DNA of 64,000 nucleotides, from positions 372,001 to 436,000 of the forward strand of contig NIVC01000291.1 of the NCBI GenBank assembly GCA_002269645.1, given 5' to 3'. A program made the translations under genes and the position numbers. The number at the start of each line of letters is the position of its first letter. Positions within the stretch are counted from its first letter, which is position 1. The DNA comes from Macrostomum lignano. Its lineage: Eukaryota. Shown in pieces: positions 24,966 to 38,124 of the stretch. The notes below the pieces were generated by a model. That model made no database searches. It had not been told where the DNA came from and was given only the letters and a program-made list of their open reading frames with translations.

Positions 24966-26303
24966 GACTTGAAAGTGAAATGTTTGACTCTTCTCGAGCT
25001 GATAAATAATCTTAAATAGATTTTCAAAAGTGGTTTCAGGAGTTAACAAAAACGTCTTAATTTCTTGTTCTGTTTTTCTTTTTTGATACTCTGCGTGTTT
25101 CTAGCTAATAAATAGTAAATATACCTGAGTAGAGTTTTTATAGAATACAATTGCTCTGGTATGTACGTATATCGTTTCATAAAATTCGAAAAAAACAATC
25201 AGCTAATTAAACGGCTATATTTTCTAGGCAGCACGAGTCAAGTTTAAGATTTCGTACAAACTTCGAGCTTTTAAATTCGCGCGAAAACATATTTTCGAGA
25301 AAGATCGTTTTTAACGAAAATAAGTGGAAAACTCTGCCCCGATAAACTCACGAAAACAAGTATTGTGCTTCTTTTTTTAGACGCTAGCTAATTTTTAAGA
25401 ATTAATAGCCACTAAATAAAATAACTAAATAAAAAATAACTTACATCCTTTTACATCCTTCATTTTTCTGCTTTGTTTATTTTTATGCAGAGTTATTCAA
25501 AGACGTTTTTGAGCATTATTTACCTAAATTACCTAATTTCATATCTGTAGCAATAAAACGCAAGGCAAAATAGCTAAAAATAAAATTGTCATGAAAATGA
25601 AGCTGGTGATTTATAAAGTAGCTATCTTTAAAAATATTATGAATCCTAAAACTTGACTAAATTAAATTATTTTAATATGTACATGTATTAATTGTACCAT
25701 TGGAAGCCGTTGTTTTCCTGATAAAATATTTCGAATTCTGGTGAATATAAGAAAATTCGTAGAGGATAAAGAGTTAGATTTTTCAATAAAATTATGAATA
25801 GTGGATTAACCTATATAAAATACTTCTTAGTTATAAATAATTGTGTTAGTAAAATTGACACTCGTACGTCTATGAAATAGATTGAATGCTGCCTTTGAAT
25901 TCTGAAGCAATCACATTTCGACAAAGCAGGTAAAACAATAAGACCAAAGACAATTTTTGGCTTGTAAATTCTCTGTTTAATAATTTAAACGAAAAGTTCC
26001 TACTGAATTATTAGATGCTCAAGGTAATATATATATATACACTATGAATGAGAACATTCGTGCTAAACTAAAAGATCTGTTCATTAAAGTTCATTTTAGC
26101 TGTGCGAAAAAGCATTCTTTGACTTATCATCAAATGCACCTGGGAGATAAATGTAAATTACGCTGAAAATCGCACCAGAGATAAAATACGTAGAAAGCCA
26201 CATCAGGTAGCCGCCACATCAGGTTGTCACCTCATGCAAAGATGTAATTAAAGCAGAATTTCCAACCTGAAGATGCGGAATTTTAGGACGGGTCGAATCG
26301 CGG

Positions 26304-27671
26304 CTATTCATCTTTGTCCTTTTCGAGCTCGTCGACTTCTTCCTCCTCACCCTCGACGCTGTCAACGCCAACTTCTTCGTAGTCCTTTTGCATGGACCCC
26401 AGGTCCTCCCGGGCCTCGGCAAACTCGCCCTCTTCCATGCCCTCGCCAACGTACCAATGGACGAAGGCGCGCTTCGAATAAAGCAGATCGAACTTGTACG
26501 CCAGTCGGTCCCAGGCCTCTGCAATGGCGGTGGTGTTGCTCAGCATACATACAGCGCGCGGCACCTTTGCCAGGTCCCCGCCTGGCACCGTGGTCGGCGG
26601 CTGATAGTTGATGCCCACCTTGAAGCCGGTGGGACACCAGTCAACAAATTGGATCTCACGCTTGCTCTTGATCTTCTGAATGGCTTCGTTCACGTCTTTC
26701 GATGAAACGTCACCGCGGTAAAGCAGACAGCAGGCCATGTACTTTCCGTGCCGCGGATCGCACTTTACCATCTGGTTGGAAGCCTCGAAGCAGGCGTTGG
26801 TAATCTCCTTCACCTTCAGTTGCTCATGGTGAGCCTTCTCGGTTGAGATGATTGGGGCGTACGTTGCTAGAGGGAAATGAATTTTCGGGTAAGGCACGAG
26901 GTTGGTTTGGAACTCGGTGATGTCAACATTGAGAGAGCCATCGAAGCGAAGCGACACGGTGATAGAGGAGACAATTTGACTGATAATGCGGTTCAAGTTT
27001 GTGTAGGTTGGCCGTTCAACGTCAAGGTTGCGCCGGCAGATGTCGTAAATGGCCTCGTTGTCAACCATGAAAGCGCAGTCCGAGTGTCGCAGGGTGCCGT
27101 GTGTGCATAGAATTGCGTTAAACGGTTCCACCACGGCTGTGGACACTTGGGGCGCCGGATAGACGGCAAACTGCAGCTTCGCTCGCTTTCCGTACTCAGA
27201 AGAGAGCTTGTCCATGAGCAGCGAGGTGAAGCCGGCTCCAGTGCCACCGCCGAACGAGTGAAACACCAGAAAGCCCTGCAGGCCGGCGCAGTTCTCCGCT
27301 ACTCGGTTGATGACCTCGCGAACGCTGCCCACGACTTCTTTGCCGATGGTGTAGTGGCCGCGTGCGTAGTTGTTCGCTGCATCCTCCTTGCCAGTGATGA
27401 GCTGCTCCGGGTGAAACAGCTGCCGGTAGGTGCCGGAGCGCACCTCGTCAATGACGGTCGGCTCCAGGTCAACAAAGACAGTCCGAGGCACGTAGTGACC
27501 GGAGCTGGTCTCCGAGAAAAATGCGTTGTACGAGTCGTCGCACTTCTCTCTACCAGCAGAAGCCATCAGGCCGTCTGGTTGGATACCATGCTCTAAGCAA
27601 TAAAGCTCCCAGCACGCGTTGCCAATCTGCACACCCGCTTGGCCAACGTGTATGGAGATGCACTCGCGCAT
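26304..27671 (-). CDS. TUBA: Alpha-tubulin, intronless and divergent (455 aa)
   Basis: [30 protein letters not shown] start; [43 protein letters not shown]; single uninterrupted ORF. Confidence 0.97.
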   Translation of the reverse strand: MRECISIHVGQAGVQIGNACWELYCLEHGIQPDGLMASAGREKCDDSYNAFFSETSSGHYVPRTVFVDLEPTVIDEVRSGTYRQLFHPEQLITGKEDAANNYARGHYTIGKEVVGSVREVINRVAENCAGLQGFLVFHSFGGGTGAGFTSLLMDKLSSEYGKRAKLQFAVYPAPQVSTAVVEPFNAILCTHGTLRHSDCAFMVDNEAIYDICRRNLDVERPTYTNLNRIISQIVSSITVSLRFDGSLNVDITEFQTNLVPYPKIHFPLATYAPIISTEKAHHEQLKVKEITNACFEASNQMVKCDPRHGKYMACCLLYRGDVSSKDVNEAIQKIKSKREIQFVDWCPTGFKVGINYQPPTTVPGGDLAKVPRAVCMLSNTTAIAEAWDRLAYKFDLLYSKRAFVHWYVGEGMEEGEFAEAREDLGSMQKDYEEVGVDSVEGEEEEVDELEKDKDE

Positions 27672-28027
27672 TTTGCTTTTGATTCGATAAACTAAAATTA
27701 GCAATATAGCCTATATCAGTAAATTCTTGAGCCGGTCTTGGGCACAAGTGCATGTTTAATGCTATTCCATTATCAAATAATACAGGTTGATAAAATCCCC
27801 AGGTGTCTATGGCTGCAGCTGGCTTCTCTCTTCCGGGGGCACGCGGATCCAGTTTATTTTCGGCATCCTGACTCTGTACTCAGCCGTCTATGGCTCTTAA
27901 CAGACCACATTCCATGCAAATTCTCATCCGATAGAAATTATGGGTAAACAACTACTGAAGCTGCATAGCAGTTCTGTGTTGATGTGCTAATTCTATCAAC
28001 AAAATACGTTCGAAAATCTCCAGCGCT

Positions 28028-31000
28028 ATGGACGATTTCAACAATGACTCCTGGAGGTGGCTTCTCTCCCGTAGCGAGCGTGACAATGAGTCGATCTATG
28101 ACTGGGTAAGCGAAAAGTCCTGAAAACTTGGGACTTACAGTGAAAGAACTGTCAATGCTAATTACTCTATGCTATTAGCTTGCTAACTCTATGCTAATTA
28201 CACTTAAAGCTATTCGTTTCCATTGCAACAAGGCAATCTCTTATTTCTTATAGTCACGACCAGAAATTTTTCAATACGAAGCGAAGCGTGCGGGTACAAG
28301 CAGGAACAACAGCAACACGGTCTCTGGAGGCGGCATCCGGGATGTGCAGGTTCACAAGTCCAAGTCGGGCAAGGAGACTCGCGTCGAGACTGAACTGCAG
28401 AGCAGCGGAATGGCCACTGACCTCAACATCAACATTATCATGGACAGCGACTCGAATATGTCCAATGTGTGAGTTCCAACTTTTTAACTTTGATACTTTA
28501 CAGAAACACTGAAAGAACACAAGACTAAGAGGGGCGCTTCTGGAATTCGAGTAAAATTTGTCCATCAGATGTGGCAAATTTAAAACTTTCGATCACTGTT
28601 GCTGTTGCATGTATATCAATAATATAAATACAAGTAAATGATTCTTCACTTACGCAACATTTTTTAAAGAAAATAAAAAACTCGTGATAGGACTGTTGCA
28701 ACAAAGACCACACTTACATAACAAAAACAGCTATGCAGTTCTTATCTTTCGTTTTTATTGCACTTGTCCTCTCAAGGGTTGGCAACTCGCTGGAGTACGA
28801 ATCGCTGGACCAGCAGCGGCCCTCGGACGAGACTCCAACGCCCGTGAGTGAGGAAGGCGGCGGTGCCGACGGAGGCGGTAGTGCAGGCGGTGCGAAACCC
28901 GGCGGCGAAGGGGGAGGAGCTGAGGACGGCGGCGGCCTGACCAGCGAGTGGGCCGCGGTTCCGAACCTCGGCGGCGAGCAGCTCAGCGAGTCCAGCAGCG
29001 AGCATGGCGAAGTCATTGAAGCGGCTGGCGCCGAACCCTCCGGCCAGCCCACGGACAGCGATGACGATGTTGATGACGGCGGCGATGAGGAGGAGGGCGA
29101 GGGCGATATGGACGACGCCATGAGGCACTTCCAGCGGTACCTGGACGGCGAGAAGATTGACGCTCTGCGCGGGCCTAGCAAGGATGACGACGCCAAGGAC
29201 ACACTGAAGAAGCTGCCCACAGGGCACCTGGAGAAGGAGGGCGTGGTAATCGGATGCATGAGCGTGTTTGCCGACGTGCACATCAAGGAGTTCATAGTCA
29301 TGCTGTCCGACGATATGATCCAGGCGTTTCTGGTCGACCCGGAACGATTTCGTTCTGTGGCAAATCGAACCAAATGCGAAATTGAGGTAAGAGACTACAC
29401 TTGGATAGCTGTTGCACTAAAACTTAAATGAGCTAATATTTTTCTTTCGAAACTGAATATTAAACTACTTATTTTTCATTGAGTTTCCAGTAGTAGCGAA
29501 AACTACCAGATTTTGTCGGTGCCAATTTAGCCCTCTGGAAAGGCTCGCTAAATCAGTCGCTTTGATTCAGGATTTAAAATGTATGAAATACGGTGTTTTC
29601 TGATCTTCGCAATAGAACAGTAAAAAAAGGTTATATTGAGCACTGCTTACAACCAGATGCCACTTAACTTTTCCTCATTACTGCGCACTGGTTCTCTCAA
29701 TCAGGTGACTCGGCGCATCTTGAACCGGCGCATGGGCAAATACCGCTGGCTGAAGTACCTGGTGGTGATCATCCGCGGTCCGAGCTACTCCTCCATCGAC
29801 CAGTGCGACAAGATGATGAGCCTTCTGTTCCCGCCCTACAAATGGCGGAAGCCCTACGGAGCCCCGGCCGCGGTGTCCATGTTCCTGAAGGAGAACACGC
29901 CCGACAACACGGATCTGTACTTCAACTACCAGCGCACCGGCCCCTGCCAGCGAATGTTCGGCGAGATCTCCCTGCGGGCTCCATTCCGCAAGACCAAGTC
30001 CAGGCCGGTGGAGCAGACGCCTTGGAAGATGGTGCAGAAGCGCCAGCAGTGGGGAGTCTTGGAGCCAAAGAACGACAGAATGGAGGTCAGTTTGTTGGTT
30101 TTTTCAGCGTGTTCCTTAATTCTACGAGCTAGTTCATCTTCTGAGTATTTAAGGCATTCCCTACTGATTGGTTGGTTTTGAAAGGCTTATAAGCCACGTT
30201 TTACGTTGAGCTTTTAGCGTACTAACAAGATTAGCAATCTAGTGCCCCCTTCGGGGCGCGCAATAAGCAAGGAGCAAACATTATTTATGGAAAACAATTA
30301 AAAAAGCACATTTTCTTAAGAACCAAATCCTTCTTAAGTTTTAGAAATCACCTTATTCAACTAAAATTGTCACGGACAAATTTGTTTGCTGTGATTCTTC
30401 CGATTTACTAAAAATGGTTTGTTTGTTTGTACGAAATCGGTTATCTCCCAAAAGGCTTGACCGATTTTCTTCGAATAAAACTTTCACTGTAATGACTCAG
30501 ACTAGCTATTTAGTTTGGCGAGAGAAACGATGCACTTAAATGAGCCGACTGCTCAATTCAATATATTTATAGGCCCGAGAGCATTGCGTAATAAGAGTAT
30601 TGCTACGAGTTAGTTCATCGACCAAGCCAAGTACATTATTACCGCGCAGAGCGTACACTACATCTCTCCTCATTTTGGATTAAAAGTTTTACTGCAAAAG
30701 GTTTTTAAAAAATGAAAATTACCACAAATACGAGTAAAATCTTGCAAAGAAGAAACATTAATAGAGAAAATGTTACTGATTGTACATGTAATGCCTTAGC
30801 TGGAGAATGAACAATTTTCTATCCGCAATCTCAAGACGCAAAAGCAAAATCAAACAAGATATTAGCGTCAGTCTGCCAAGCGCGAGTTATAGTTAAACCC
30901 TATAGTTCACTTTCACCTTGGCCTCTCGGGGTGTGGTCGCAGCGCAATTGGAGGGGTCGCGGGTTCGCTCCCCGCAGCTTGCAGGATCGGCGGTGCGGTC

Positions 31001-34000
31001 TCCCCGACAGGAAAATCGGGCTCTGCATCTGGCGCTACCCGCTTCAGGTCAGTGCAGTGCCGCCTGCAAACTCTGGCGCCCTGCCGAATGGTCATCGAGT
31101 CGCCCTTGACACTCTCGACCAGCCAGGGTGTCCACTCGAACGGAGTCTCGCCCTTGAGCGGATTTAGTCGGCGCCGGAGCACCGTGTCGCCGACTTTGAG
31201 CCCATGCGGTCTCGCCTGCCGTCGCTTGTCCGTGTAGCGCTTGCCCTTTGCCTTGCTGCTGGCGTCCTGCTGTCGGAGCCTCCTGTCTGCGATGGCCACC
31301 GGTCTCGACGGCCTGATTGACGGGATGGCGTCGTTTGGGACGCGACCCAAGAGCAGCTCGGCTGGTGCCCGGTTGGTGGTTCGCTGCGGCGTGCAACGGT
31401 AGGCCAGCAGCCACTCGTCAAGGGCCGCCCTCCAGTCGCGCTTCTGGGCAATGGCAGCTCGTACAACCTTATTGATGGAGCGGTTCAGGCGCTCAGTGAT
31501 GCCGTTGGCCTGCGGATGCAGCGGTGTGATGAGACGCTGCCGGATTCCGTAGCTGTCCAGAAAGCCTTTGAACTGGGCCGAGGAGAATGGCGGGCCGTTA
31601 TCGGTGACCAGTACCTGTGGGATGCCGAATCTGGCGAACGAATTCCTCAGCTTGGGAATCAGCGCTTCGGCCGTTGTGGTCTGGACGATCTCGACTTCAG
31701 GGAAGCGCGAGTAGTGGTCAACGCAGACGAGCAGCATGCTGCCTTGAATGGGGCCTAGCAGGTCTGCCCCTAGTGTTAGCCATGCAGCTTTCGGGATCGG
31801 CGTCGGCTTCAGCGGCGCGGTGGTCACGTCGGCCGCGTGCGACGTAGCTGCACAGGCTCGGCAGGCACGCACGAAGAGCTCTGCTTCTGTCTGCATCCTC
31901 GGCCACCAGACTTTGGTGCTCAAACGGTCAACCGTCTTGCGCAGGCACTGATGACCGCGGTGTGCCAGGTCCAAAACCAGGCGCCGAAGCGCCATTGGAA
32001 CTACGATTCTCTGGCCCCGCAGGAGCACGCCGTCTGCTGCCGATAGCTCATTCCGTAGGGCGTGGAGCGATCGCGTCTCCGCCAACTCGAGGCTCCATCG
32101 TCCTGTCTCCAGCGATCGAATAGCGGCTTGAATTGTTGCATCTCGCAGCGAACTCTCTTGCACTGAGGACAGCGACAGCGCGTTCGGTATGGCCGCCTGG
32201 ACGATTGCAGCGATGCAGAGGGTGTCGAGCTCTTCGCCGACATTTCTTCCTCGTGTTGGCAGCGGCTGCCGGCTCAGCACGTCCGCTGGGTTTAGTGGGC
32301 CAGGCTGGTATTCGACTGTAAATTTCATGTGCTGAATGCGCAGCGCCATTCTTTCGATCCTCGGGGAGGCCTTGAGCCACTGCTGAACAATGCGATGAGC
32401 GGCTTGTGGTCTGTCACCACCGTAAATGTCGGAGCGCCGTGCAGATAGTACTGAAATTTCAAGCAGCCGTATTTGACGGCCAGCGCCTCCTTCTCAGTCT
32501 GGGTGTAGCGCTGCTCAACATCGGACAGCGTCCGGCTGGCGTACGCGACAGGCCGGTTGGTGCCGTCCGCTTGCGTCTGCGTTAGGATCGCGCCCAGGCC
32601 CGCTGGGCCGGCGTCGACGATGAGTTGCGTCGCTAGGCGGTGGTTGAAGAAGGCGAGGGTGCCGCTGGTCGCAATCCGGGTCTTCACGTCGTCAAAAGCT
32701 CGTTTCTCGAGGTCGGTCCATGCCCAGGGCTCGCCTTTCCTAGTCAGATTGCGCAGTGGCCTCGCTACATCCGCCAGCCCGGGGGTGAATGAGGCCAGAT
32801 AGTTGACCAGGCCTAGGAACGAGCGCACCTCTGTGGCAGTCTTTGGCTCGGCAAATGCATGGATGGCTTCCAACTTGGACTGGGTTGGTCTGACACCTTC
32901 ACTGGACAGCTGCATCCCCATGAACGTGACCTCGGTACGGGCGAGCTTGCATTTTAACGGATTCAGCGTCAGCCCGTGCTGCGCCAGTCGTCGCAGACAT
33001 GCCTGCAGGTTGCTGTGGTGCTCCGCCACGCTATGCCCATACACGTGAATCTCGTCGTGAATCCATTTTACTTTCGGGAGTCCAGCTAGCACGGATGACA
33101 TGACCGCCTGGAGAATTTCCTGGGCCGTAGACAGTCCCATACAGAGCCGTGTCAGCCGCCGCAGGCCTCGTGGTGTCGAAAAAGTCAGAAGATGGCGGCA
33201 TTCGTCGGCGACTGGGATTTGATAAAATGCCTTCGCGATGTCGAGCTCTGAGAATAGCTGCGCTCCTGCCATGTCTCCCGTCACCTCCTCGAATGTCGGG
33301 ATGGGATGCCGCTCTCTGATGACCGACTTGTTCAGGTCTCTCAAGTCCTGCGTAATCCTGATCTCGCCTGGAGTCTGCTTGGGCACGACGACGATGCGGG
33401 CTACCCACGGACAGGGGCCTTCCACCGGCTCGATGATGCCTTGGTCCTCGAGGCACTGCAGCTCGGCGTCGACTGCCTGTGCGAGATGTATTGGAACCCT
33501 TGATGGGGATGACAGATCGGCCTGGCTCCCTCCTCCAGGAAGATGCGGGCGGCATAGTTTTTGAGCCTGCCGATTCCGCTGAAGACTTGTGGGTTCTCCG
33601 TTAGGAGTTCGTGCAGGGCCGGTGCCCCCGGCGCATGTAGGACGTCCTTTGGGATCCCTGTTAGCATGCTGTCTAGCGAGACCTCGGGAGACGGACGCAG
33701 CTGGCATGCCACCTTGTTCTCCGGGCCGACTCGCAGAATCTGAAGTCTTTCAGCGCTTCTCCGGCCAATGATGCAAGCGCCCTCACCGTCGAGCACCAAG
33801 AACGGTAGTGTCTCGTGGATCTCGAACACGCTGACTTGCAGGTCTGCCTTGCCCAGCAATCTCAGCGGCTCTTGGCTTCCGTATGGGTAGACCTTGTCGC
33901 TGGCGGGCTGCAGCGCGGCTTTTTGCGGCATCCTGTCGTAGGCCGCCCTGTCGATGATGTTGCATGCCGCGCCGCTGTCGATGAGCACCTTTGTCTTGAG

Positions 34001-36191
34001 CCCGTTAATTGTCGCAAGCGTCCAAGTAGAGCCGTAGTTCCTCAGGGTGAATAGCTCGTGCTCGATGGGGTCGTCTTGCAGATATTCGACTCGACCCGGC
34101 GGAGCCTCCTCCTGCGGTTCGTCAACGGTCCTCAGAGGGACTTTAGCTGCTCCTCGACACGCCCGAGCGAAATGACCCATCTTGCCGCAGCGTCGACACG
34201 CCTTGTTACGGGCTGCCTCGCACGTCTGATGCCCTGGTCGCCCGCAGCGATCGCAGTTGATGCCGCTGTCTCTTGCCGCGGCAGCCGGCCTGGTTGTATG
34301 GGATGGTCGGTTATGAGGTGGACGCAGCGCCGCCACATTCGAAGCGGAAGGATGGCCCGTGTCGGCTGCGGCGCCGATCTCCATGGCCTGGGCCTGCTGC
34401 TCCGCTGCCTCACTCGCTCGGATTCGCTTCAAAACGTCGTCTAAGGAGACATCGTTGAGCTGCAGGAGTTCCCTCCTGATCCTCTCGGACCGGTAATGAG
34501 CCACGATCTTGTCCCTGATGAGCGAGTCTCGGAGTTCGCCGAACGTACATTGGTCCGCAGCCTTGCGTAGCCGATGATACCAGGCCTCAATTGACTCTCC
34601 TTCCTCCTGCCGGCATATTTCAAACTGGTACCTGAGGAAGACAACGCTGTTCTTTTGGTCGAAGATACCCTGCAACTTTTTGATGAGCTCCTCCGCGGAC
34701 TCTCCTTTCTTGACGCCGTTATCGTCCATGAAGTCTTCCAGCTTCTCGCCCGCAGTGTAAACTAAGAGCTCCAGCTGCTGTGTCGCATCTGTGATGCCAG
34801 CTGCGCGTATGTAGCTGTTGAACCTTCGCGTCCAGGTTTTCCATCGCTGAGCTCTTGTCAGAGGATCGCCTTCGAGGTCAAAAGCGTCTGGTGCCGCGAG
34901 TTGCAGGGCCTGTGCCATATTTGCTGAATCACCGGTCGTTATCAGTGCGCGGGGGGTTGGCCTCACTGAGAGTTTGCTTGCGACACTACAGCGTACACTA
35001 GAGCGTAGAGCGTACACTACATTCACAAAGATAACAGACATTCCCCTTAGCAAGTATCGATAGCAAGTATCGATCCTCCAGGTAGCAAACACCCTCCCCC
35101 TCCAAGAGTAAGCTAGCAAGCATATCAAGTACCCACCCAGATAGCAAGCACCCCCCCCCCCAGACAGCAAGCATCCCCCAGATAGCAAGCATCCCCCAGA
35201 TAGCAAGCATCCCCCAGATAGCAAGCATCCCCCAGATAGCAAGCATCCCCCAGATAGCAAGCATCCCCCAGATAGCAAGCATCCCCCCCAGATAGCAAGC
35301 ATCCCCCAGATAGCAAGCATCCCCTAGATAGCAAGCATCCCCCCCAGATAGCAAGCATCCCCCCAGATAGCAAGCATCCACCCAGATAGCAAGCATCCAC
35401 CCAGATAGCAAGCATCCCCCAGATAGCAAGCATCCCCCCCCCCAGATAGCAAGCATCCAACAGATAGCAAGCATCCTGCAGATAGCAAGCATCCCCCCCC
35501 CCAGATAGCAAGCATCACCCCCAGATAGCAAGCATCCCCCAGATAGCAAGCATCCCCCAGATAGCAAGCATCCCCCAGATAGCAAGCATCCTGCAGACAG
35601 CAAGCATCCACCCAGATAGCAAGCATCCCCCAGATAGCAAGCATCCTGCAGACAGCAAGCATCCCCCAGATAGCAAGCATCCCCCAGATAGCAAGCATCC
35701 TGCAGACAGCAAGCATCCTGCAGACAGCAAGCATCCACCCAGATAGCAAGCATCCACCCAGATAGCAAGCATCCTGCAGACAGCAAGCATCCCCCAGATA
35801 GCAAGCATCCTGCAGACAGCAAGCATCCACCCAGATAGCAAGCATCCTGCAGACAGCAAGCTGCAAAATAGATCAAAATAGATCACACATACCGACAGAC
35901 AGAAATACCGACAAACTACTTTTAGTTTAGCGTACGTACAATATTATTTAGTTGTAAATAGTAAAGCTGTACTTGGAGTAAATGTAATGAATATTGCAGC
36001 GCCTGCTCAACCACGTGTATCCGGAGCGCGGCGGCTCCACATCGCAAGCCATGGACCAGAACATCAAATGGGCGGACGCGGCCGTACAGGCGGTGGAGAT
36101 GAGCAAGGCACGGGACCTGGCCCGCTCCCAGATGCTGCAGTCGAGGCGCCTGGAGAGCGAGCCGCTCTACGCCAGGGCGGTGGGCGAATAG
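28028..36191 (+). CDS. Uncharacterised protein (~491 aa) with acidic/Gly low-complexity region and unknown C-terminal domain
   Basis: Phase-compatible exons 28028-28105, 28254-28468, 28777-29386, 29705-30085 and 36000-36191, with a possible upstream exon 27786-27943. The last three exons are well supported by GC3-rich codons and GT-AG sites; the 5' exons are less certain. An alternative start is the ATG at 28733. Confidence 0.6.
30913..34918 (-). mobile_element. Ty3/Gypsy LTR-retrotransposon gag-pol (PR-RT-RH-IN), frameshifted, no LTRs found, inside a host intron
   Basis: Gag MAQALQLAAPDAF...; zinc knuckle CRRCGKMGHFARAC; protease LIDSGAACNII; RT LDIAKAFYQI and WIHDEIHVYG; RNase H VDAGPAGLGA, EKEALA, TDHKPL; integrase HRGH...CRAC, ADLLGP, TDNGPPF, GITERLNR. 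Frame changes at ~33505 and ~32363. Confidence 0.93.
35130..35860. repeat. ~17-19-bp minisatellite (CAGATAGCAAGCATCCCC variants)
   Basis: Tandem units adjoining the 5' end of the Gypsy element. Confidence 0.93.
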
Positions 36192-37282
36192 TCTCGGCAC
36201 TGGGGCAGAGATTTGGGATTTGGGAGAAGGAACGTGATACAATTATTATATTGAAGCCGTTCCACTGGAAAAGTATGACGTGGCAACTCAATCCAGAGAT
36301 AGCGGTCTGCCGCTGGCTTCACTGGATTAATTGCTTTCGCGCGAGCTGACTCTAAAATAGATAAGTAGATTCCCCCCAAGCGTCAGTATTCTACCCCAGC
36401 TCATCTTAGCAGCATTAGTTTATGGTGCGTACGCTTTGGTTAAATACGCAACTTTACTGCACTCCTCAACACTGCAGACCACGCATTCTCCATTTTCGTC
36501 CTACTTATTTTGCACTAATTATTGCCAAATACATGTTCGCACTGTTTTAGTACATTTTGCTCTTATTTTTTTCAACTATTACAGCAGTCTGTGCTAAAAA
36601 TAAACACTTTAGCCGACTCGAAAACGGCAGTCGCGAGCGTCTCAGTAATAGCTCGAGCAGCCACGGTAGGGCTTACTATAGTTTAAAACTGGTTCCGACC
36701 GTTTGATTCTGTCTGTCCTGTTGCTGCGACTGGACGGTGGTGTGGCGAAACCTGGACGTAGGCTGTACTGAGCCGGGTGTTAACCCAGAAGTTGATACTT
36801 TCAGCATAGAAAAGGATTGAATCAGAAGTAAAAATGTGAACTTCGTTGTCTTTACTGTCGGATGCTTCTCAACGAGAGTCCTGACGTCGGTACACACGTC
36901 TGTGTTTTGCATTCGGTATACATTTTAACGCCATCGCAAAGAAACAGGAAGCGAGACAGATCCGGACCTGAACCGTATTGAAAGTTACGAATCGGGAATA
37001 TATCCTACATGCTACTTCGAGTAGCCACTACTGATAAAGCGATCATGCCAACTGCTGTTCCTGGGCCCTGATCAAATCTTACCGCAAATCAGCCAGTCAC
37101 GCGCCACTAGAAAAACATTTCCACCGAATCTCTCCGTGCCTTCTTCTGCAGTTTGTGCAACCAATAGGAAATCAGCTCGGGATGGAGGCTCAGAACAGCC
37201 TTGGATGCTTAAAAATATCTTGTTTTTAGCTCGTACACTGTGGTCGTTGTAAGTCTGTGAATAATGTCCTCATCCCAGCGTC

Positions 37283-38124
37283 ATGGGCCTTCTGCGACTC
37301 TGTCTGGAGACGTTTATCGAGCGCACCTCCATGCGAGGCTTCCGGGGCTTCTACCGCGCACCCGTGACCGGCCTCCGGGTGCTCTGGCTGGTCTACCTCA
37401 TCTCCATGGCAACGCTGCTGCTCAGCAGCGTCTACTACTTGGTGTTTGAATACCTGGACTATCACGTGACCGTGCAAGAGAGTGATCGAGTACAGCACGT
37501 AACGCCGTTGCCCGCCATCTGCGAGTGCAGCCTGCAGGGTCCCATCGGGTTCGCCGCGGCGGGACTCTGGCAGTCCGGCCGAGTGAACTCGCCGGGTCAG
37601 CTCAACCAGGTGACGCAAGCTATGGGTCAGGAGGGAAACAACAGCTGCGCGAGAAACCCTTGGTGTCATTTTTTAGCAATCATAAGCATCGAACTCTCGC
37701 TTAGAAGCAGCCAAAAGACATAAAATTGAGACTTTTCGTTCGACATGTATCCAAAAAGATGCAAGTTTAGAGTTGCTGTTCACCATGTGCAATAAAACCA
37801 GTCGATGTTTATGGGACTGGGTCATAAAACAAGAACCCTACACCAGTGAATCCAGATTCCTCACTACAACGGCGAAAAATTTCCGATGCCGATAAAACTT
37901 GAAGCTCTGGTCCGAGTTTTTTTCAAGTGAAATACTATGACACTATGCTTACACTCAGGGAAAATTTATGGTTTACAACAAACATACTTCGCTGCTGCTC
38001 ATTTCAATAGGAGTTGCGCGCCAGCATGCTGAACGCTTACCGGGCCGGCAACCTGCCCGCCGCCAAGGAGCTGTTCTTCACGGACAAGCTGTCCGTGAGG
38101 AACTCATCGAGCTGGTCTGCCTGA
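37283..38124 (+). pseudogene. DEG/ENaC-family N-terminal fragment (truncated gene or pseudogene)
   Basis: Exon 37283-37609 encodes FIERTSMRGF (pre-TM1 TSxHG-like motif), TM1 RVLWLVYLISMATLLLSSVYYLV, then YLDYHVTV and LPAIC. In-phase exon from 38011 (ELRASMLNAY...) ends at a stop near 38124. No finger/thumb Cys-rich or TM2 exons found downstream. Confidence 0.5.

Noticed and set aside
28733-28777. Firm call of a signal peptide
   Set aside because: The segment is equally explained as a polypyrimidine tract with an in-phase acceptor; left unresolved.
32360-33510. Programmed ribosomal frameshifts in the Gypsy element
   Set aside because: The breaks fall after the protease and at the RNase H/integrase boundary, not at gag-pol, and no X XXY YYZ slippery site was seen.
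34930-35050. 5' LTR/PBS of the Gypsy element (AAGGGGAA-TGT on -)
   Set aside because: No matching copy near 30900 and no TGG-type PBS.
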